Assembly (NCBI GenBank): GCA_000175855.1
Contig: ACYB01000031.1
Span: 30,001-62,000 of the forward strand
Length of the DNA: 32,000 nucleotides
Direction: 5' to 3'
Source: Raphidiopsis brookii D9
GTDB lineage: Bacteria; Cyanobacteriota; Cyanobacteriia; Cyanobacteriales; Nostocaceae
Part shown: positions 19,177 through 29,677 of the stretch, in pieces
Position numbering within the stretch: the stretch's first letter is position 1
How the letters are laid out: the number at the start of each line of letters is the position of its first letter
The notes under the pieces: generated by a model
What the model was told of the DNA's origin: nothing
What the model saw: only the letters and a program-made list of their open reading frames with translations
Databases searched by the model: none
Made by a program: the position numbers and the translations under genes

Positions 19177-19935
19177 TTATATAGAAAATGCTTTGATAAT
19201 ATTTTCTGCCATATCAAAATTAGCTGTTACACTTTGCACATCATCCAAACCCTCTAGAGTATCAATCAGTTTCAGCAGAGACTTGGCTTGGTCTATATGG
19301 GTAACTTCCACTTCATTTTGGGGAATCCAACGTATTTCCACCTCTGTCAGTTTAAAATCTTTAGCTTTGAGTGTTTGACTCAATTTCTCTAGGTCAGATA
19401 CCTGAGTGAACACCTCAGCTACTTGTTGGTCAATCATTTCATAGCTCTCAGCATCACCGATAAGGGATGCTTCTAATAAGTTCTCCTCATTTTCTATCCC
19501 CCTAACTATACAAACCCCTTTTTGGGAAAACATCCAACTGACACAACCGGTTTCTCCCAAATTTCCCCCATTTTTACTGAAAGCAACCCGTAAATCCGCT
19601 GCGGTTCGATTGCGGTTGTCTGTTAATGCTTCCACTAATATGGCTACCCCACCTGGTCCATAACCTTCGTAGCGAATCTCTTCTAAACTATTACTATCAC
19701 TACCTAAAATACCCGCACCTTTGGCGATCGCCCTTTCAATATTATCATTGGGGATACCTGCTGCTTTAGCTTTGTCAATAGCTGTTCGCAGTTGGAAATT
19801 TCCTGTGGGGTCTGGTATGCCATTTTTAGCAGCAATAATAATTGCCCGGGAAAGTTGAGTGAAAACACTGCCTTTTTTAGCATCTACTACCGCTTTTTGA
19901 CGTTTAATATTTGCCCATTTACTATGTCCTGCCAT
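19177..19935 (-). CDS. yebC: YebC/PmpR-family DNA-binding/translation regulatory protein; start revised to 'MAGHSKWAN'
   Basis: 'MAGHSKWANIKRQKAVVDAKKGSVFTQLSRAIIIAAK', 'GYGPGGVAILVEALTDNRNRTAADLR'. Confidence 0.94.
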   Translation of the reverse strand: MAGHSKWANIKRQKAVVDAKKGSVFTQLSRAIIIAAKNGIPDPTGNFQLRTAIDKAKAAGIPNDNIERAIAKGAGILGSDSNSLEEIRYEGYGPGGVAILVEALTDNRNRTAADLRVAFSKNGGNLGETGCVSWMFSQKGVCIVRGIENEENLLEASLIGDAESYEMIDQQVAEVFTQVSDLEKLSQTLKAKDFKLTEVEIRWIPQNEVEVTHIDQAKSLLKLIDTLEGLDDVQSVTANFDMAENIIKAFSI

Positions 19936-19993
19936 AACTAGCACCAACAAAACTAATTAAGACTAAACTACTACTAAACCATGACAGTCAGGG

Positions 19994-20782
19994 TTATTGC
20001 TCCGTTAGTTTCACCAAACCAACACCACCAAAATACAAAGCGAGGACTGCTCCTGCTAATAGACTTTGGGTGAGGGGATCGGTAGAGGGTGTTAACACTG
20101 CTCCTAAAACCATAGATAACATAATCACCAGTCTCCAACCATTAAGCATTTGTTGTGATGAAACAATTCCTAACTTGCTTAGCAATAATTGAATAACTGG
20201 AATTTGAAAGGCTAAACCAGTACTAAATAATAGCAGCAGAATAAATTCAAAATATTTTTCAATTGACCATAGCTGCTCTACTACGTCAGCTCCATACTTA
20301 ACAAAAAATTGTAAAGCGGCAGGAATAAGTAATAAATAGGCAAATACTAATCCGCCTAAAAACAATATACTAGAGCCAAAAACTATGGGAGCTAATAGTC
20401 GGCGTTCACGACGAGTTAAACCGGGTAAAACAAACTGAATAATCTGATAAAGAATTACGGGACTGGATAGAACTAACCCGCTATAACCAGCAACCTTGAG
20501 GGAGACGAAAAAATACTCTCCTGGTGCTAATTGCAAAAATTTAATCCCTTGAGCTGGTATTTCTAGTAGTCGCACCAGGGGTTTGACTACTAAAAAACAA
20601 CTCACAATACCTACCACCACAGCAATTAAAGAATAGAAAATGCGCTGTCGCAGTTCTTCCAGATGGTCAAAAAACGGCATTTCTACTTCGTCTGGGAGTT
20701 CATCTAGGGGATCTACAGGTAAATTACTGGTGTCCTCAGCAAAATCTATGGTTTCTGTCTCTGTTTCTGGTAAAGGTGTCAT
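19994..20782 (-). CDS. tatC: twin-arginine protein translocase subunit TatC
   Basis: '[24 protein letters not shown]', '[34 protein letters not shown]', '[17 protein letters not shown]', '[14 protein letters not shown]' (family variants, including 'SLKVAG'). Confidence 0.95.
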   Translation of the reverse strand: MTPLPETETETIDFAEDTSNLPVDPLDELPDEVEMPFFDHLEELRQRIFYSLIAVVVGIVSCFLVVKPLVRLLEIPAQGIKFLQLAPGEYFFVSLKVAGYSGLVLSSPVILYQIIQFVLPGLTRRERRLLAPIVFGSSILFLGGLVFAYLLLIPAALQFFVKYGADVVEQLWSIEKYFEFILLLLFSTGLAFQIPVIQLLLSKLGIVSSQQMLNGWRLVIMLSMVLGAVLTPSTDPLTQSLLAGAVLALYFGGVGLVKLTEQ

Positions 20783-20824
20783 GAGTTGGGTTGAGTTAGC
20801 AACATTCCTTAACTATTTTATCTT

Positions 20825-23005
20825 TTAATTTCCAGATTTGGCGTATTTACTAACTAGCGCTGAAATCTCCGGGTTATACAACCGTAAGTAATTCCAATAA
20901 TTCCCCAACACCTGACGCACGTAATTTCTGGTTTCCCCAAAGGGTATTTCCTCCACAAATTCGTCGAGATCCTGTTTGGGTATGGTTCGCAACCACTTGG
21001 CAACGTTGCCAGGTCCTGCATTATAACTGGCGATCGCCAACATGGAATTATTATTATATTGCTGGTGGGTATGATCTAAATACCAGGTCCCCAACATAAT
21101 ATTATCATTGGGGTTTTCCAGGTTAATATTTTTCATATCCACACTAATTTGTGGTGCTATCCATTTAGCAGTATTTGGCATCACTTGCATTAAACCCACA
21201 GCACCAGCTACTGATTTAATTTTAGGTTGGAACATTGATTCCTGTCTCATTAAAGCTACCACTAGGAGGGGGTTCACCTGACGAGCTGAAGACCACTTTT
21301 GTATTGGTTCTAAGTACAACAGGGGATATCGTGCTTGCCAATAGGTAATTTGCCGACTTAAAACAGCATATTCCGCCCTTTCCTCCGGAGTTTCCCTATC
21401 TTCCAACTGAGATATCTTAGCAATACCAATGAGGTTATCACCCTTTACTAAGCGCATCAACCCTTCCGTGAACTGTTCCTTTACAGTGGGCTGATTGTTA
21501 TTTTTAAATCCCGTCTCCCACTCATACCAGGCATCCCGATCTTGTGCCATTAAATACAGTTCTTTAAAAGAATCCGTACCAGCAGGGGGTAGGGGACGTT
21601 GGGTTAGGGTAATTTGGGGATTGAGTAGGCGTAGATTATTAAAATCACCCACGTCCCATCCCAGGATTCTAGCGGAGCGCCAAGCATAATAAGATTGGGG
21701 AAAATTAGCCAGTACGTACTCATAAGACTTACGAGCTTCCTCATTTTTACCCAGTAGACTTGCCCACTTACCTACCCAAAAACTAGCTCTTGGTGCTAAA
21801 ATGCTGGCAGGATTCTGGGTAGGAATTGGTTGTGCCCACTCCCATGCGCCAACATAATCACGGTTTTTAGCCTTAGTCAGAGCAGTTTGCCAACGGTATT
21901 CTGTGGCAGCATCAGAGCTGCTATATTTACTTAGAAGTAATTTCCAAGTTTGATTAGCTGACTGATTATCTTTGAGACTGGTCAGCAATTTAGCCTTTTG
22001 TGCTAATGCTTGTGGTGCTTGGGAAGGAAATTGAGCAATTATTTGGTCAAGATAAGCTATGGCATCCCTCCCAGGAGCCATTTCTGCCAACCTTAACAGA
22101 GCTGTTCCTGTTTCTTTCTCCTTAGGAAACAACTTGACTTGTTGTTTATAAATTACAATTGCCGATTCCCGTTTCTTGTCTAACTGTAAACCTCGAGCAG
22201 TGCGATATAGGTTTTTAGCTGTTTGAGGAGCATTTTTATAGGCACTGCTGGCTTTAATAAACTCATTATTATCCCAATATGCTGCACCAATCAGTTCCCA
22301 ATCTGCTGGGGTGAGCAAAGACTGTTGAAGTTGAACCAAGTTATCTAAAAAACCTACGGTTCCTGGTTCATTAGTGGCATACTTAGCCAAGACTAATTGT
22401 AATTTGGGTTGATTGGGGTTTTCTCGCAGACGATTGCGGATAATTTCCCAAGTGAGTGGGTGGGAGGGAAATTCGGCGATCGCCCGTTCCTGTAGTTTGG
22501 GTTGTCCAATGAGATACATGGCTTTCACCGCTGCAGGACTTTTTGGATAATCCCTTAATACCCTTTGGCGCAGGTCAGAAGCTAACCCTTTTTCCCCCAA
22601 CATGTCTTGAGCTTGGGCTTGTTTCAATAAAATATAAGGTGCCAAAACTGGATAATCTTTTTCCAAACCCACCAATAATTCCAACGCTGGTTTACCTTGA
22701 TTAGTTTGAATATAATCACTGGCCAACACATAGCGGGCCCTTTCTCGGTCTGGAGAGTCTCCTTTTTCAGCAATTTCCCTGAGCTTACTAGATCTTTCTG
22801 GTAAAGATTGAGCTATAGTCATGCCAACAGCGGAAGGAGATTGGTCAATTTGAGTTGACTGATCTGCTTGGATATGAATCAGGTCAAACCATTTGCCCAA
22901 TGTTTTTTGTGCTTGGGGAAATGAGAATCCCACACCCAAGAGAAAGGCACCGAGCCCCGCTCCCGTAATTAAATAGACTTGCTTGTTTTGTAGTTTTTTT
23001 AACAT
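20825..23005 (-). CDS. soluble lytic murein transglycosylase-like protein (N-terminal superhelical repeats plus SLT domain)
   Basis: 'LVVALMRQESMFQPKIKSVAGAVGLMQVMPNTAKWIA' and 'NIMLGTWYLDHTHQQYNNNSMLAIASYNAGPGNVAKWL'. Confidence 0.93.
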   Translation of the reverse strand: MLKKLQNKQVYLITGAGLGAFLLGVGFSFPQAQKTLGKWFDLIHIQADQSTQIDQSPSAVGMTIAQSLPERSSKLREIAEKGDSPDRERARYVLASDYIQTNQGKPALELLVGLEKDYPVLAPYILLKQAQAQDMLGEKGLASDLRQRVLRDYPKSPAAVKAMYLIGQPKLQERAIAEFPSHPLTWEIIRNRLRENPNQPKLQLVLAKYATNEPGTVGFLDNLVQLQQSLLTPADWELIGAAYWDNNEFIKASSAYKNAPQTAKNLYRTARGLQLDKKRESAIVIYKQQVKLFPKEKETGTALLRLAEMAPGRDAIAYLDQIIAQFPSQAPQALAQKAKLLTSLKDNQSANQTWKLLLSKYSSSDAATEYRWQTALTKAKNRDYVGAWEWAQPIPTQNPASILAPRASFWVGKWASLLGKNEEARKSYEYVLANFPQSYYAWRSARILGWDVGDFNNLRLLNPQITLTQRPLPPAGTDSFKELYLMAQDRDAWYEWETGFKNNNQPTVKEQFTEGLMRLVKGDNLIGIAKISQLEDRETPEERAEYAVLSRQITYWQARYPLLYLEPIQKWSSARQVNPLLVVALMRQESMFQPKIKSVAGAVGLMQVMPNTAKWIAPQISVDMKNINLENPNDNIMLGTWYLDHTHQQYNNNSMLAIASYNAGPGNVAKWLRTIPKQDLDEFVEEIPFGETRNYVRQVLGNYWNYLRLYNPEISALVSKYAKSGN

Positions 23006-23115
23006 GGATACTTACTTCTAGCCTAGCCAATGGCTCAAAAACTTTGGGAATCAATCTGCCATTTCTGGGATATTAGACAATCAGTTTGGACAAGGCGCAT
23101 TTTGGGAACATAACT

Positions 23116-23722
23116 TTATGGTAGCAACTTAAAAGAATCACAAAAACCCTGCATACTTCTAGTCAAAAACCTTTGTTCTTTTTTGAGTGGTTTCCGCAGT
23201 AATCTGATAAAATCTGTTGCCAACTAAAAATACTCTCTGCTTGACAACTTTAGCGTCAGCAGTAGTATAGTTTACTTCTATACCCACGTTATCACCCAAG
23301 GTCTTTTTTTCCTCACTGACAATAGTTCCCCGGACTCTCTGTAATGCTGTACTTTTGCCCTGCTCTATAGCTTGTTCCACCAGATTTTTACTTCGTAACA
23401 ATTGAATATATTGTGCTGGATAATCAATGTAAGCAACCGTATATTTTGCTTCCTCCTGGGGGCGATTTACGGTAAATAGATTTACCTGCAGTTCCCCATT
23501 ATCACTGGGCATCTTTTGCTGGCTAAACCTTGGCGTACCCGGAAACAACACCGTAAATTTTCCTTCCTGTGAGGAAAACTGCTGCCATACGGATTTTACT
23601 TGTGCTAATTGACTAGTAGTCGTAGTTTGACCAGTGGTGTAATCATCATATATAAATACACTAACCAGGGGTAGTGAAATAACCGATATAAACGATATCA
23701 ATTTAGTGGTTTTTGTAATCAT
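23116..23722 (-). pseudogene. secreted/membrane-anchored protein of unknown function with apparent C-terminal frameshift (ORF as read: 23159..23722)
   Basis: N-terminal hydrophobic segment; reading frame ends '...AETTQKRTKVFD*'. Removing one A from the coding-strand A6 run (plus 23179-23184) gives '...AETTQKEQRFLTRSMQGFCDSFKLLP*'. Confidence 0.5.
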
Positions 23723-25023
23723 AACTGGTTATTTAGTCCATGGAAGTTGGTATTTACCGTTGATTGAGCTAATTGGGGGGTTTTACCCTGGAAACCAATC
23801 ATTAATTTTAGGGCAAAAAGCTTTAACATCGGGATCCTCTGCATTAACCATAAACCCAAACGACGAATAATGACCATAGGCAAGATGTTATTGGAGAACA
23901 TACGGTCTAATAGGTCTGTAAACCCTAAAATGGCCAAATTTTCATTTTTGCGCCAGCGTTCATACTGCTGCAGAATCTGGATAGTACCAATATCCTTTCC
24001 TTCGTGGTGAGCTGTTTGAATAACTTCAGCTAAAGCAGCAGCATCCCGGATACCTAAATTTAAACCCTGTCCACCCACGGGATGACAGTTATGAGCTGCA
24101 TCACCCACCAAAGCCAACCGGGGGAGAACATAGCGATCGCTCTGCATTAACTGTACCTGAAAAATGAAGCGGTCTCCGAGCAATTCTAATTTACCCATCT
24201 GGTGACCGTAGCGACGAGTCAATTCTGCCAAAAACTCCTCATCACTTAAAGCACACAAGGTTTTAGCTTCTTCGTGGGGAGCAGTCCACACAATACGACA
24301 CCTATTACCAGGTAGGGGTAGGATTGCAAAGGGTCCGCTTTGCCAGAATTTTTCATAAGCAGTATAGTTATGGGACTTCTCAGGTCTAACAAAAGCGACT
24401 ATACAAGATTGCCAATATTTCCAACCCTTAGTTTTAATTCCTGCAGCTTGACGAATAGGGGACTTAGAACCATCAGCAGCTACCATTAACTTAGTGCGAA
24501 CTACTTGGTCTGCACCATTTACCCGAATATTTACATTTACCATATCCCCAGTAGTTTGAGTACTAACCACAGTAGCAGGACACAAGTAATTAACATTGGC
24601 ACAAGTTTTGACAAATTCCTGGAGGGGTTCCAACAGGGCAAAATGCTCTGCCACATAACCCAGTTCTGGCGTTTCTCGCCCCAAATCGGATGTTTGAAAT
24701 TTGACTACATTTGGATATTCAGCATCCGATAGAAACACTTGTCTATACTTGGCAATATGAGGGAGAATTTTTTCCCAAATACCAATACCCTGAAAAATGC
24801 GTGCTGACAACATGTGTATAGCATAGGCTTGTCCCTTAGCTACTGCTGTGGATGTTACCTGGGCTTCAACCAAAAGAACCGTTAAGCCTGAATTCTTCAA
24901 AGCAGCAGCTAAAGTTAAACCAACAATACCACCACCCACAATCATCAAATCATAATCATGGCTTTCTGTGGTAGTTAGTCGGGAGTTAGGAGTTTGAGCA
25001 ACTTCAAATGATGAAAACGACAT
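23719..25023 (-). CDS. UbiH/UbiF-family FAD-dependent monooxygenase
   Basis: 'YDLMIVGGGIVGLTLAAALKNSGLTVLLVEA' (GXGXXG), 'LVGDAAHNCHPVGGQGLNLGIRDAAALAEVI'. Confidence 0.9.
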   Translation of the reverse strand: MSFSSFEVAQTPNSRLTTTESHDYDLMIVGGGIVGLTLAAALKNSGLTVLLVEAQVTSTAVAKGQAYAIHMLSARIFQGIGIWEKILPHIAKYRQVFLSDAEYPNVVKFQTSDLGRETPELGYVAEHFALLEPLQEFVKTCANVNYLCPATVVSTQTTGDMVNVNIRVNGADQVVRTKLMVAADGSKSPIRQAAGIKTKGWKYWQSCIVAFVRPEKSHNYTAYEKFWQSGPFAILPLPGNRCRIVWTAPHEEAKTLCALSDEEFLAELTRRYGHQMGKLELLGDRFIFQVQLMQSDRYVLPRLALVGDAAHNCHPVGGQGLNLGIRDAAALAEVIQTAHHEGKDIGTIQILQQYERWRKNENLAILGFTDLLDRMFSNNILPMVIIRRLGLWLMQRIPMLKLFALKLMIGFQGKTPQLAQSTVNTNFHGLNNQL

Positions 25024-25118
25024 TTTTAACCTAAGAAAACCTCTTACCTTCCATTTTTACCCAACTCTTCCTAGAGAGCAACCTGAATCGGCTTGCACGG
25101 CGTTTGTATTCCAATATA

Positions 25119-25195
25119 CTTAAAAAAATCTCAATCAAACCTTAACCAAACCTTAATCTTTTATTTAGCAGTTATTAAAAAAATCTTAATCAGTG
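25119..25195 (+). promoter_or_regulatory. Pho-box-like array, seven consecutive 11-bp units upstream of pstS
   Basis: cttaaaaaaat / ctcaatcaaac / cttaaccaaac / cttaatctttt / atttagcagtt / attaaaaaaat / cttaatcagtg; period equals that of cyanobacterial SphR boxes (8-bp CTTAACCT-like unit + 3-bp spacer). Confidence 0.7.
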
Positions 25196-25272
25196 AGGGA
25201 GAACCTAAGTTTAGGACGTAACTTCGTCAACCCAAAAATGGCTAGTATAATATCCCTTAAACACGAGGTATC

Positions 25273-26310
25273 ATGACATTAACCACTATTTTCCGTCCGG
25301 TAGTTGCTACAGCAGCACTAACAACAGTCCTAGGTTTTAGTCCATTATTAACAGCAATTGCTCAGGCTGAAACTTTAAATGGTGCAGGTGCGACCTTTCC
25401 TGCTCCTTTGTATGAGCGTTATGCAAGGGAAGTGAGAAAGAAACATCCAGAATTGAAAGTTAATTACCAAGCGATTGGTAGTGGTGGTGGGATTCGTCAA
25501 ACCATTGCAGGAACCGTAGATTTTGGTGCTAGCGATGCAGCTATGAAAGATGACGAAATAGCTAAAGTTAAAAATGGTGTAATATTGGTACCAACAGCTG
25601 GTGGTGCGGTCTCTGTGGTTTATAACTTGCCAGGAGTCAATAAACTCAGATTGTCTCGTAAAACCTTACCCGACATTTTTTCTGGTAAAATCACCGACTG
25701 GAATGATAAGCAAATTAAAGCAGATAATCCAGGTGTTAACCTACCCGACCAACCTATCAAATTTGTAGTCCGTGCAGATGGTAGTGGTACAACCTTTATT
25801 TTTACTAATCACCTGAGTTCTATCAATCCCTATTTCAAAGGTAGAATAGGGGCCAATACCGCACCAAAATGGACTCTACCTAACGCTTTAAAAGGAAAAG
25901 GAAATCCTGGTGTAGCTGCTTTAGTAGCTCGTACTCCCGGATCTATTGGTTATGTAGAATATGACTATGCTACTAAAAACAACCTAAAATCTGCGGAAAT
26001 ACAAAATAAAAAGGGAGAATTTCTCTCTCCTTCCCTAGCATCTGCTAATGCGGCCCTATCTACTGTCACATTTCCAGCCAATTATCGTGCGTTTGTTGGC
26101 GATCCAACACAAGGTTATCCCATTGTTGGTTTGACCTGGATGATGATATATCAAAAATACTCTAGTCCTTCCAAAGCTGATGCTATCAAAAAGTGGATTA
26201 ACTGGGTACTTAAAGATGGTCAACAGTTTAATGATGACCTAAATTACACAAAAATCCCCACAGATGTGGTTAACCGGGTTTTACAAACTGTGAATAGCAC
26301 TGTTAAGTAA
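25273..26310 (+). CDS. pstS: phosphate ABC transporter substrate-binding protein
   Basis: Signal peptide then 'LNGAGATFPAPLYERYAREV', 'VNYQAIGSGGGIRQTI', 'VDFGASDAAMKDDE', 'RADGSGTTFIFTNHLS'. Confidence 0.95.
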   Translation: MTLTTIFRPVVATAALTTVLGFSPLLTAIAQAETLNGAGATFPAPLYERYAREVRKKHPELKVNYQAIGSGGGIRQTIAGTVDFGASDAAMKDDEIAKVKNGVILVPTAGGAVSVVYNLPGVNKLRLSRKTLPDIFSGKITDWNDKQIKADNPGVNLPDQPIKFVVRADGSGTTFIFTNHLSSINPYFKGRIGANTAPKWTLPNALKGKGNPGVAALVARTPGSIGYVEYDYATKNNLKSAEIQNKKGEFLSPSLASANAALSTVTFPANYRAFVGDPTQGYPIVGLTWMMIYQKYSSPSKADAIKKWINWVLKDGQQFNDDLNYTKIPTDVVNRVLQTVNSTVK

Positions 26311-26430
26311 GTCCTTTTTAAAAACTAGGGGAAAGGTGGTTTGGCTTTTAATGAGCCCCACCTCCCTGCATGTAAATAAGTCTTTAGTTAACTATATCAA
26401 TTTGTTCTTTTTTTAATATGATTTCCCACC

Positions 26431-27426
26431 ATGAATGAATCATTACGACCTAATGAAGATCACTCCCACGCCAGTGTTGGCACTGAAAATGTCAGCTTGC
26501 AGGTGAGTGGTGGATTAAATTTCCGCCTTGATCAAGGATTCACATTTTTAGTTTATTTCTTTGCTGCTGTCACCGTGACAATATTAATTGTCATGACTCT
26601 AGTCATTTTCAAAGAAGCTCAACCTGCTGTTCTCCAATTTGGTTTTGGATTTCTCTGGAGTCAAGATTGGGATACGGGTAATCAGTTATTTGGAGCATTA
26701 CCCTATATCTATGGAACTCTAGTCAGCAGTGCGATCGCCATTTTGTTAACTGTGCCTGTGGGTATATCTGTGGCCTTAGTTACAAGTGAGGACTTTTTGC
26801 CCTTACCAGTTAGAAACACCATTGCTTTTGTGGTAGAACTAATTGCAGCTATTCCCAGTGTAATTATTGGTTTATGGGGAATATTTGTATTTATCCCCGT
26901 AATACAGCCTTTACAAAAGGGGATAAGTAACCTTCTGCAATTTATACCTTTATTTAACACTCAGGATCCCGCAGGTAACAACATGTTAACAGCTGGAATT
27001 ATCCTATCAATCATGATTTTACCAACCATGGCGGCCATTTCTCGTGATGTGTTAATGGTAGTTCCCCGGGAATTAAGAACCGCATCCATGGCTTTGGGTG
27101 GAACACGCTGGGAAACCATATTTCGAGTCTTATTACCTGCAGGGTTTTCAGGTATGGTGAGTGCAGCTATGTTAGCTTTAGGACGTGCTTTGGGCGAAAC
27201 TATGGCAGTAACCATGGTAATTGGGAACTCAGCCCAAATTAGTCCTTCTTTACTTGATCCGGCCTATACAATTCCCGCTGTTATAGCTAATGAATTTGCC
27301 GAAGCAGAGCCAGGCTTACATATTGGTGCCTTAAGTTATTTAGGACTAATTTTGTTTGTATTAACTCTAGGTGTCAATATTGCTGCTGTATTATTGGTTC
27401 AGTGGGTTGGCAAAAAGAACTCTTAG
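26431..27426 (+). CDS. pstC: phosphate ABC transporter permease PstC
   Basis: 'VPVGISVALVTSEDF', 'ELIAAIPSVIIGLWGIFVFIP', 'ALGGTRWETIFRVLLPAGFSG', 'GRALGETMAVTMVIGN'. Confidence 0.95.
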   Translation: MNESLRPNEDHSHASVGTENVSLQVSGGLNFRLDQGFTFLVYFFAAVTVTILIVMTLVIFKEAQPAVLQFGFGFLWSQDWDTGNQLFGALPYIYGTLVSSAIAILLTVPVGISVALVTSEDFLPLPVRNTIAFVVELIAAIPSVIIGLWGIFVFIPVIQPLQKGISNLLQFIPLFNTQDPAGNNMLTAGIILSIMILPTMAAISRDVLMVVPRELRTASMALGGTRWETIFRVLLPAGFSGMVSAAMLALGRALGETMAVTMVIGNSAQISPSLLDPAYTIPAVIANEFAEAEPGLHIGALSYLGLILFVLTLGVNIAAVLLVQWVGKKNS

Positions 27427-27475
27427 TGGTATGTCAGTAGAATTAGTTTTACCACGTGATGAAATTAATCATCAC

Positions 27476-27508
27476 AAATCACCCCATAAATCACCCCATA
27501 AATCACCC
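27476..27508 (+). repeat. 12-bp tandem repeat, unit AAATCACCCCAT, about 2.75 copies, near the pstA start
   Basis: Direct read: aaatcaccccat aaatcaccccat aaatcaccc. Confidence 0.9.
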
Positions 27509-27530
27509 AGTTTACCTACCATTTACTTAT

Positions 27531-28400
27531 ATGAATTCCGGAACAGATGAATCTTTTGCTAGGGAATTATTAGATCCTCTACCACCCAATAGACTGTTAT
27601 TTAGTTATTTGATGAATGGTTTATCCTTCATATTGAGTCTGCTGGCATTTTTACCCTTAGGATCAATTATATGGGAAATTATATCCCGGGGAAGTTCTAG
27701 TCTAAAACTAGAAATGTTTTATCTCCCCTTAATTGATAATGGCTTTGCCAATGCTATTCTGGGTACTCTACTTATGGTTAGTATTGCTACTCTACTCAGC
27801 GTACCCGTGGGAGTCATAACTGGCATATTTTTGGCAGAATTTGCTAGGAACAGCCAAATCAATAAATTGGTGCGATTTCTCACTTCCATACTCACTGGTG
27901 TACCCTCCATTGTGGTAGGCATGTTTGCCTATGGTGTGGTTGTGCTAACCACTAAAGAGTTTAGTGCTTTAGCAGGGGGATTTGCCCTTTCCGTAATCAT
28001 GTTACCTGTCATTACCCTGACCACAGAGGAAGCACTAAAACTAGTTCCAGTGCATCAAAGACTAGCTTCTGCGGCTTTGGGGGGAACAAAACTGCAAACC
28101 ACATTTAGAATAGTGGTAAAATCAGCCATACCTGGAATTACCACTGGTATATCCCTGGCGATCGCCCGTGCAGCTGGTGAAACTGCACCGTTGATTTTTA
28201 CAGCGCTATTTAGTCAAAACTGGTCAGATGGTCTAATCAGTCCCACAGCATCCTTACCAGTATTAATTTTTAATTTGTACAATAATCCCGATCCCAAAAT
28301 TAATCAATTGGTTTGGACTACCTCTATAATACTACTGAGTTTAGTTTTATTTTTTAGTTTGCTCTCTCGTTTTTTAGGTCGCAAGAGTAAATTGCGTTAG
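27531..28400 (+). CDS. pstA: phosphate ABC transporter permease PstA (supplied ORF start 27456 GTG; ATG 27531 also possible; see finding)
   Basis: 'VPVGVITGIFLAEFARNS', 'ILTGVPSIVVGMFAYGVVVL', 'AALGGTKLQTTFRIVVKSAIPGITTGISLAIARAAGETAPLIFTAL'. Confidence 0.9.
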   Translation: MNSGTDESFARELLDPLPPNRLLFSYLMNGLSFILSLLAFLPLGSIIWEIISRGSSSLKLEMFYLPLIDNGFANAILGTLLMVSIATLLSVPVGVITGIFLAEFARNSQINKLVRFLTSILTGVPSIVVGMFAYGVVVLTTKEFSALAGGFALSVIMLPVITLTTEEALKLVPVHQRLASAALGGTKLQTTFRIVVKSAIPGITTGISLAIARAAGETAPLIFTALFSQNWSDGLISPTASLPVLIFNLYNNPDPKINQLVWTTSIILLSLVLFFSLLSRFLGRKSKLR

Positions 28401-28503
28401 TAAAGTTTGTGAGTGATTTGGAAAAGTCTATGAGATATCTAATGATTGTAAGGCGTGTCCTGGTCCGCGAAAACAAAGAATTCAGTATGGGAGATAATCT
28501 AAA

Positions 28504-29283
28504 ATGACTAATCTGACTCCAGCTATCAAGATTAAAAACCTCAGTTTTTACTACGGTAACTACAAAGCTATCGAGAACATATCCTTAGATATTTACAAGA
28601 ATCGAGTCACCGCACTAATAGGTCCTAGTGGTTGTGGCAAATCCACCTTCATCAAAGCCCTAAATCGCATTAGTGAATTAGAAGGTAAAGTCAAGGTGGA
28701 TGGGAGCGTAGAATTTTTTGGGCAGAGCATTTACGATTCCCGGATTAATATTAATCTATTAAGAAGGGAAATCGGCATGGTATTTCAAAAGCCAAACCCT
28801 TTTCCCATGAGCATTTACGAGAATGTTGCTTACGGGGTGAGAATTTCTGGTAGGGCTCCAAAATTTCAATTGGATGACATTGTGGAGTCTGCTCTCAAAG
28901 GTGCTGCTTTGTGGAATGAGGTAAAAGATAAACTGAACTCATCCGCTTTAGGACTTTCTGGTGGACAGCAGCAAAGACTCTGTATTGCTCGTGCTTTAGC
29001 AGTAAAACCCAAAGTCTTATTAATGGATGAACCCTGTTCAGCATTAGATCCCATTGCTACCTTAAAAGTGGAGGAACTAATCCATAGCTTGCGCTCAGAA
29101 CTAACCATAGCTATTGTTACCCACAATATGCAACAAGCGACACGGGTTGCTGATTTTACAGCTTTTTTCAGTACAGATGAAAGTCGTATTGGACAAATGG
29201 TAGAATTTGGTGCTACAACCCAAATATTTGGTAGTCCCATAGACGAGCGGACCCGCGATTATGTTGCGGGGCGATTTGGTTGA
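28504..29283 (+). CDS. pstB: phosphate ABC transporter ATP-binding protein PstB
   Basis: '[25 protein letters not shown]', '[21 protein letters not shown]', '[36 protein letters not shown]', '[13 protein letters not shown]'. Confidence 0.96.
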   Translation: MTNLTPAIKIKNLSFYYGNYKAIENISLDIYKNRVTALIGPSGCGKSTFIKALNRISELEGKVKVDGSVEFFGQSIYDSRININLLRREIGMVFQKPNPFPMSIYENVAYGVRISGRAPKFQLDDIVESALKGAALWNEVKDKLNSSALGLSGGQQQRLCIARALAVKPKVLLMDEPCSALDPIATLKVEELIHSLRSELTIAIVTHNMQQATRVADFTAFFSTDESRIGQMVEFGATTQIFGSPIDERTRDYVAGRFG

Positions 29284-29600
29284 TCTTTTGCTAGGGGTTG
29301 GGATCTGACGAACGTACCAACCTCTTCCATTTTTCGTGCCAGTTCCACATCTAAATTACTAATAACATTACCGAGGTCATGAGTAGCGAGATTAACCACT
29401 ACTTTATTATAAACATTAAACCATTCTGGATGGTGTCCTAGGGTATCAGCATAAACACCCACCTTGACCATCCAACCTAAAGCAGTAGCAAAGTCTCTAA
29501 ACCGATATTCCTTAGATAACTTACCCCCTTGAACTTGCCATCCGGGTAAACTTTTGAGAGCTTGGGCTATTTCGATTTCGTTAAGTTTTTGTGCTGTCAT
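29259..29600 (-). CDS. 4a-hydroxytetrahydrobiopterin (pterin-4a-carbinolamine) dehydratase family protein
   Basis: '[60 protein letters not shown]'. Confidence 0.9.
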   Translation of the reverse strand: MTAQKLNEIEIAQALKSLPGWQVQGGKLSKEYRFRDFATALGWMVKVGVYADTLGHHPEWFNVYNKVVVNLATHDLGNVISNLDVELARKMEEVGTFVRSQPLAKDQPNRPAT

Positions 29601-29677
29601 GGTATGAATCTACTAGAAATTTGCTGGAAATCAAGGCCTATACTTAAAACTATAGCGGTTAGTTCCGATTTTTACCT

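Noticed and set aside
19145-19378. Plus-strand ORF overlapping yebC, and similar shadows at 15920-16207, 16514-16807, 18686-19129, 26709-27215, 27719-27922, 28866-29240 and 30435-30728
   Set aside because: All lie antisense to well-supported conserved genes and have no recognisable domain.
27476-27508. Considered as the start of a CRISPR array or cyanobacterial STRR element
   Set aside because: Only 2.75 copies of a 12-bp direct unit with no spacers; a simple tandem repeat. No CRISPR array was seen anywhere in the window.
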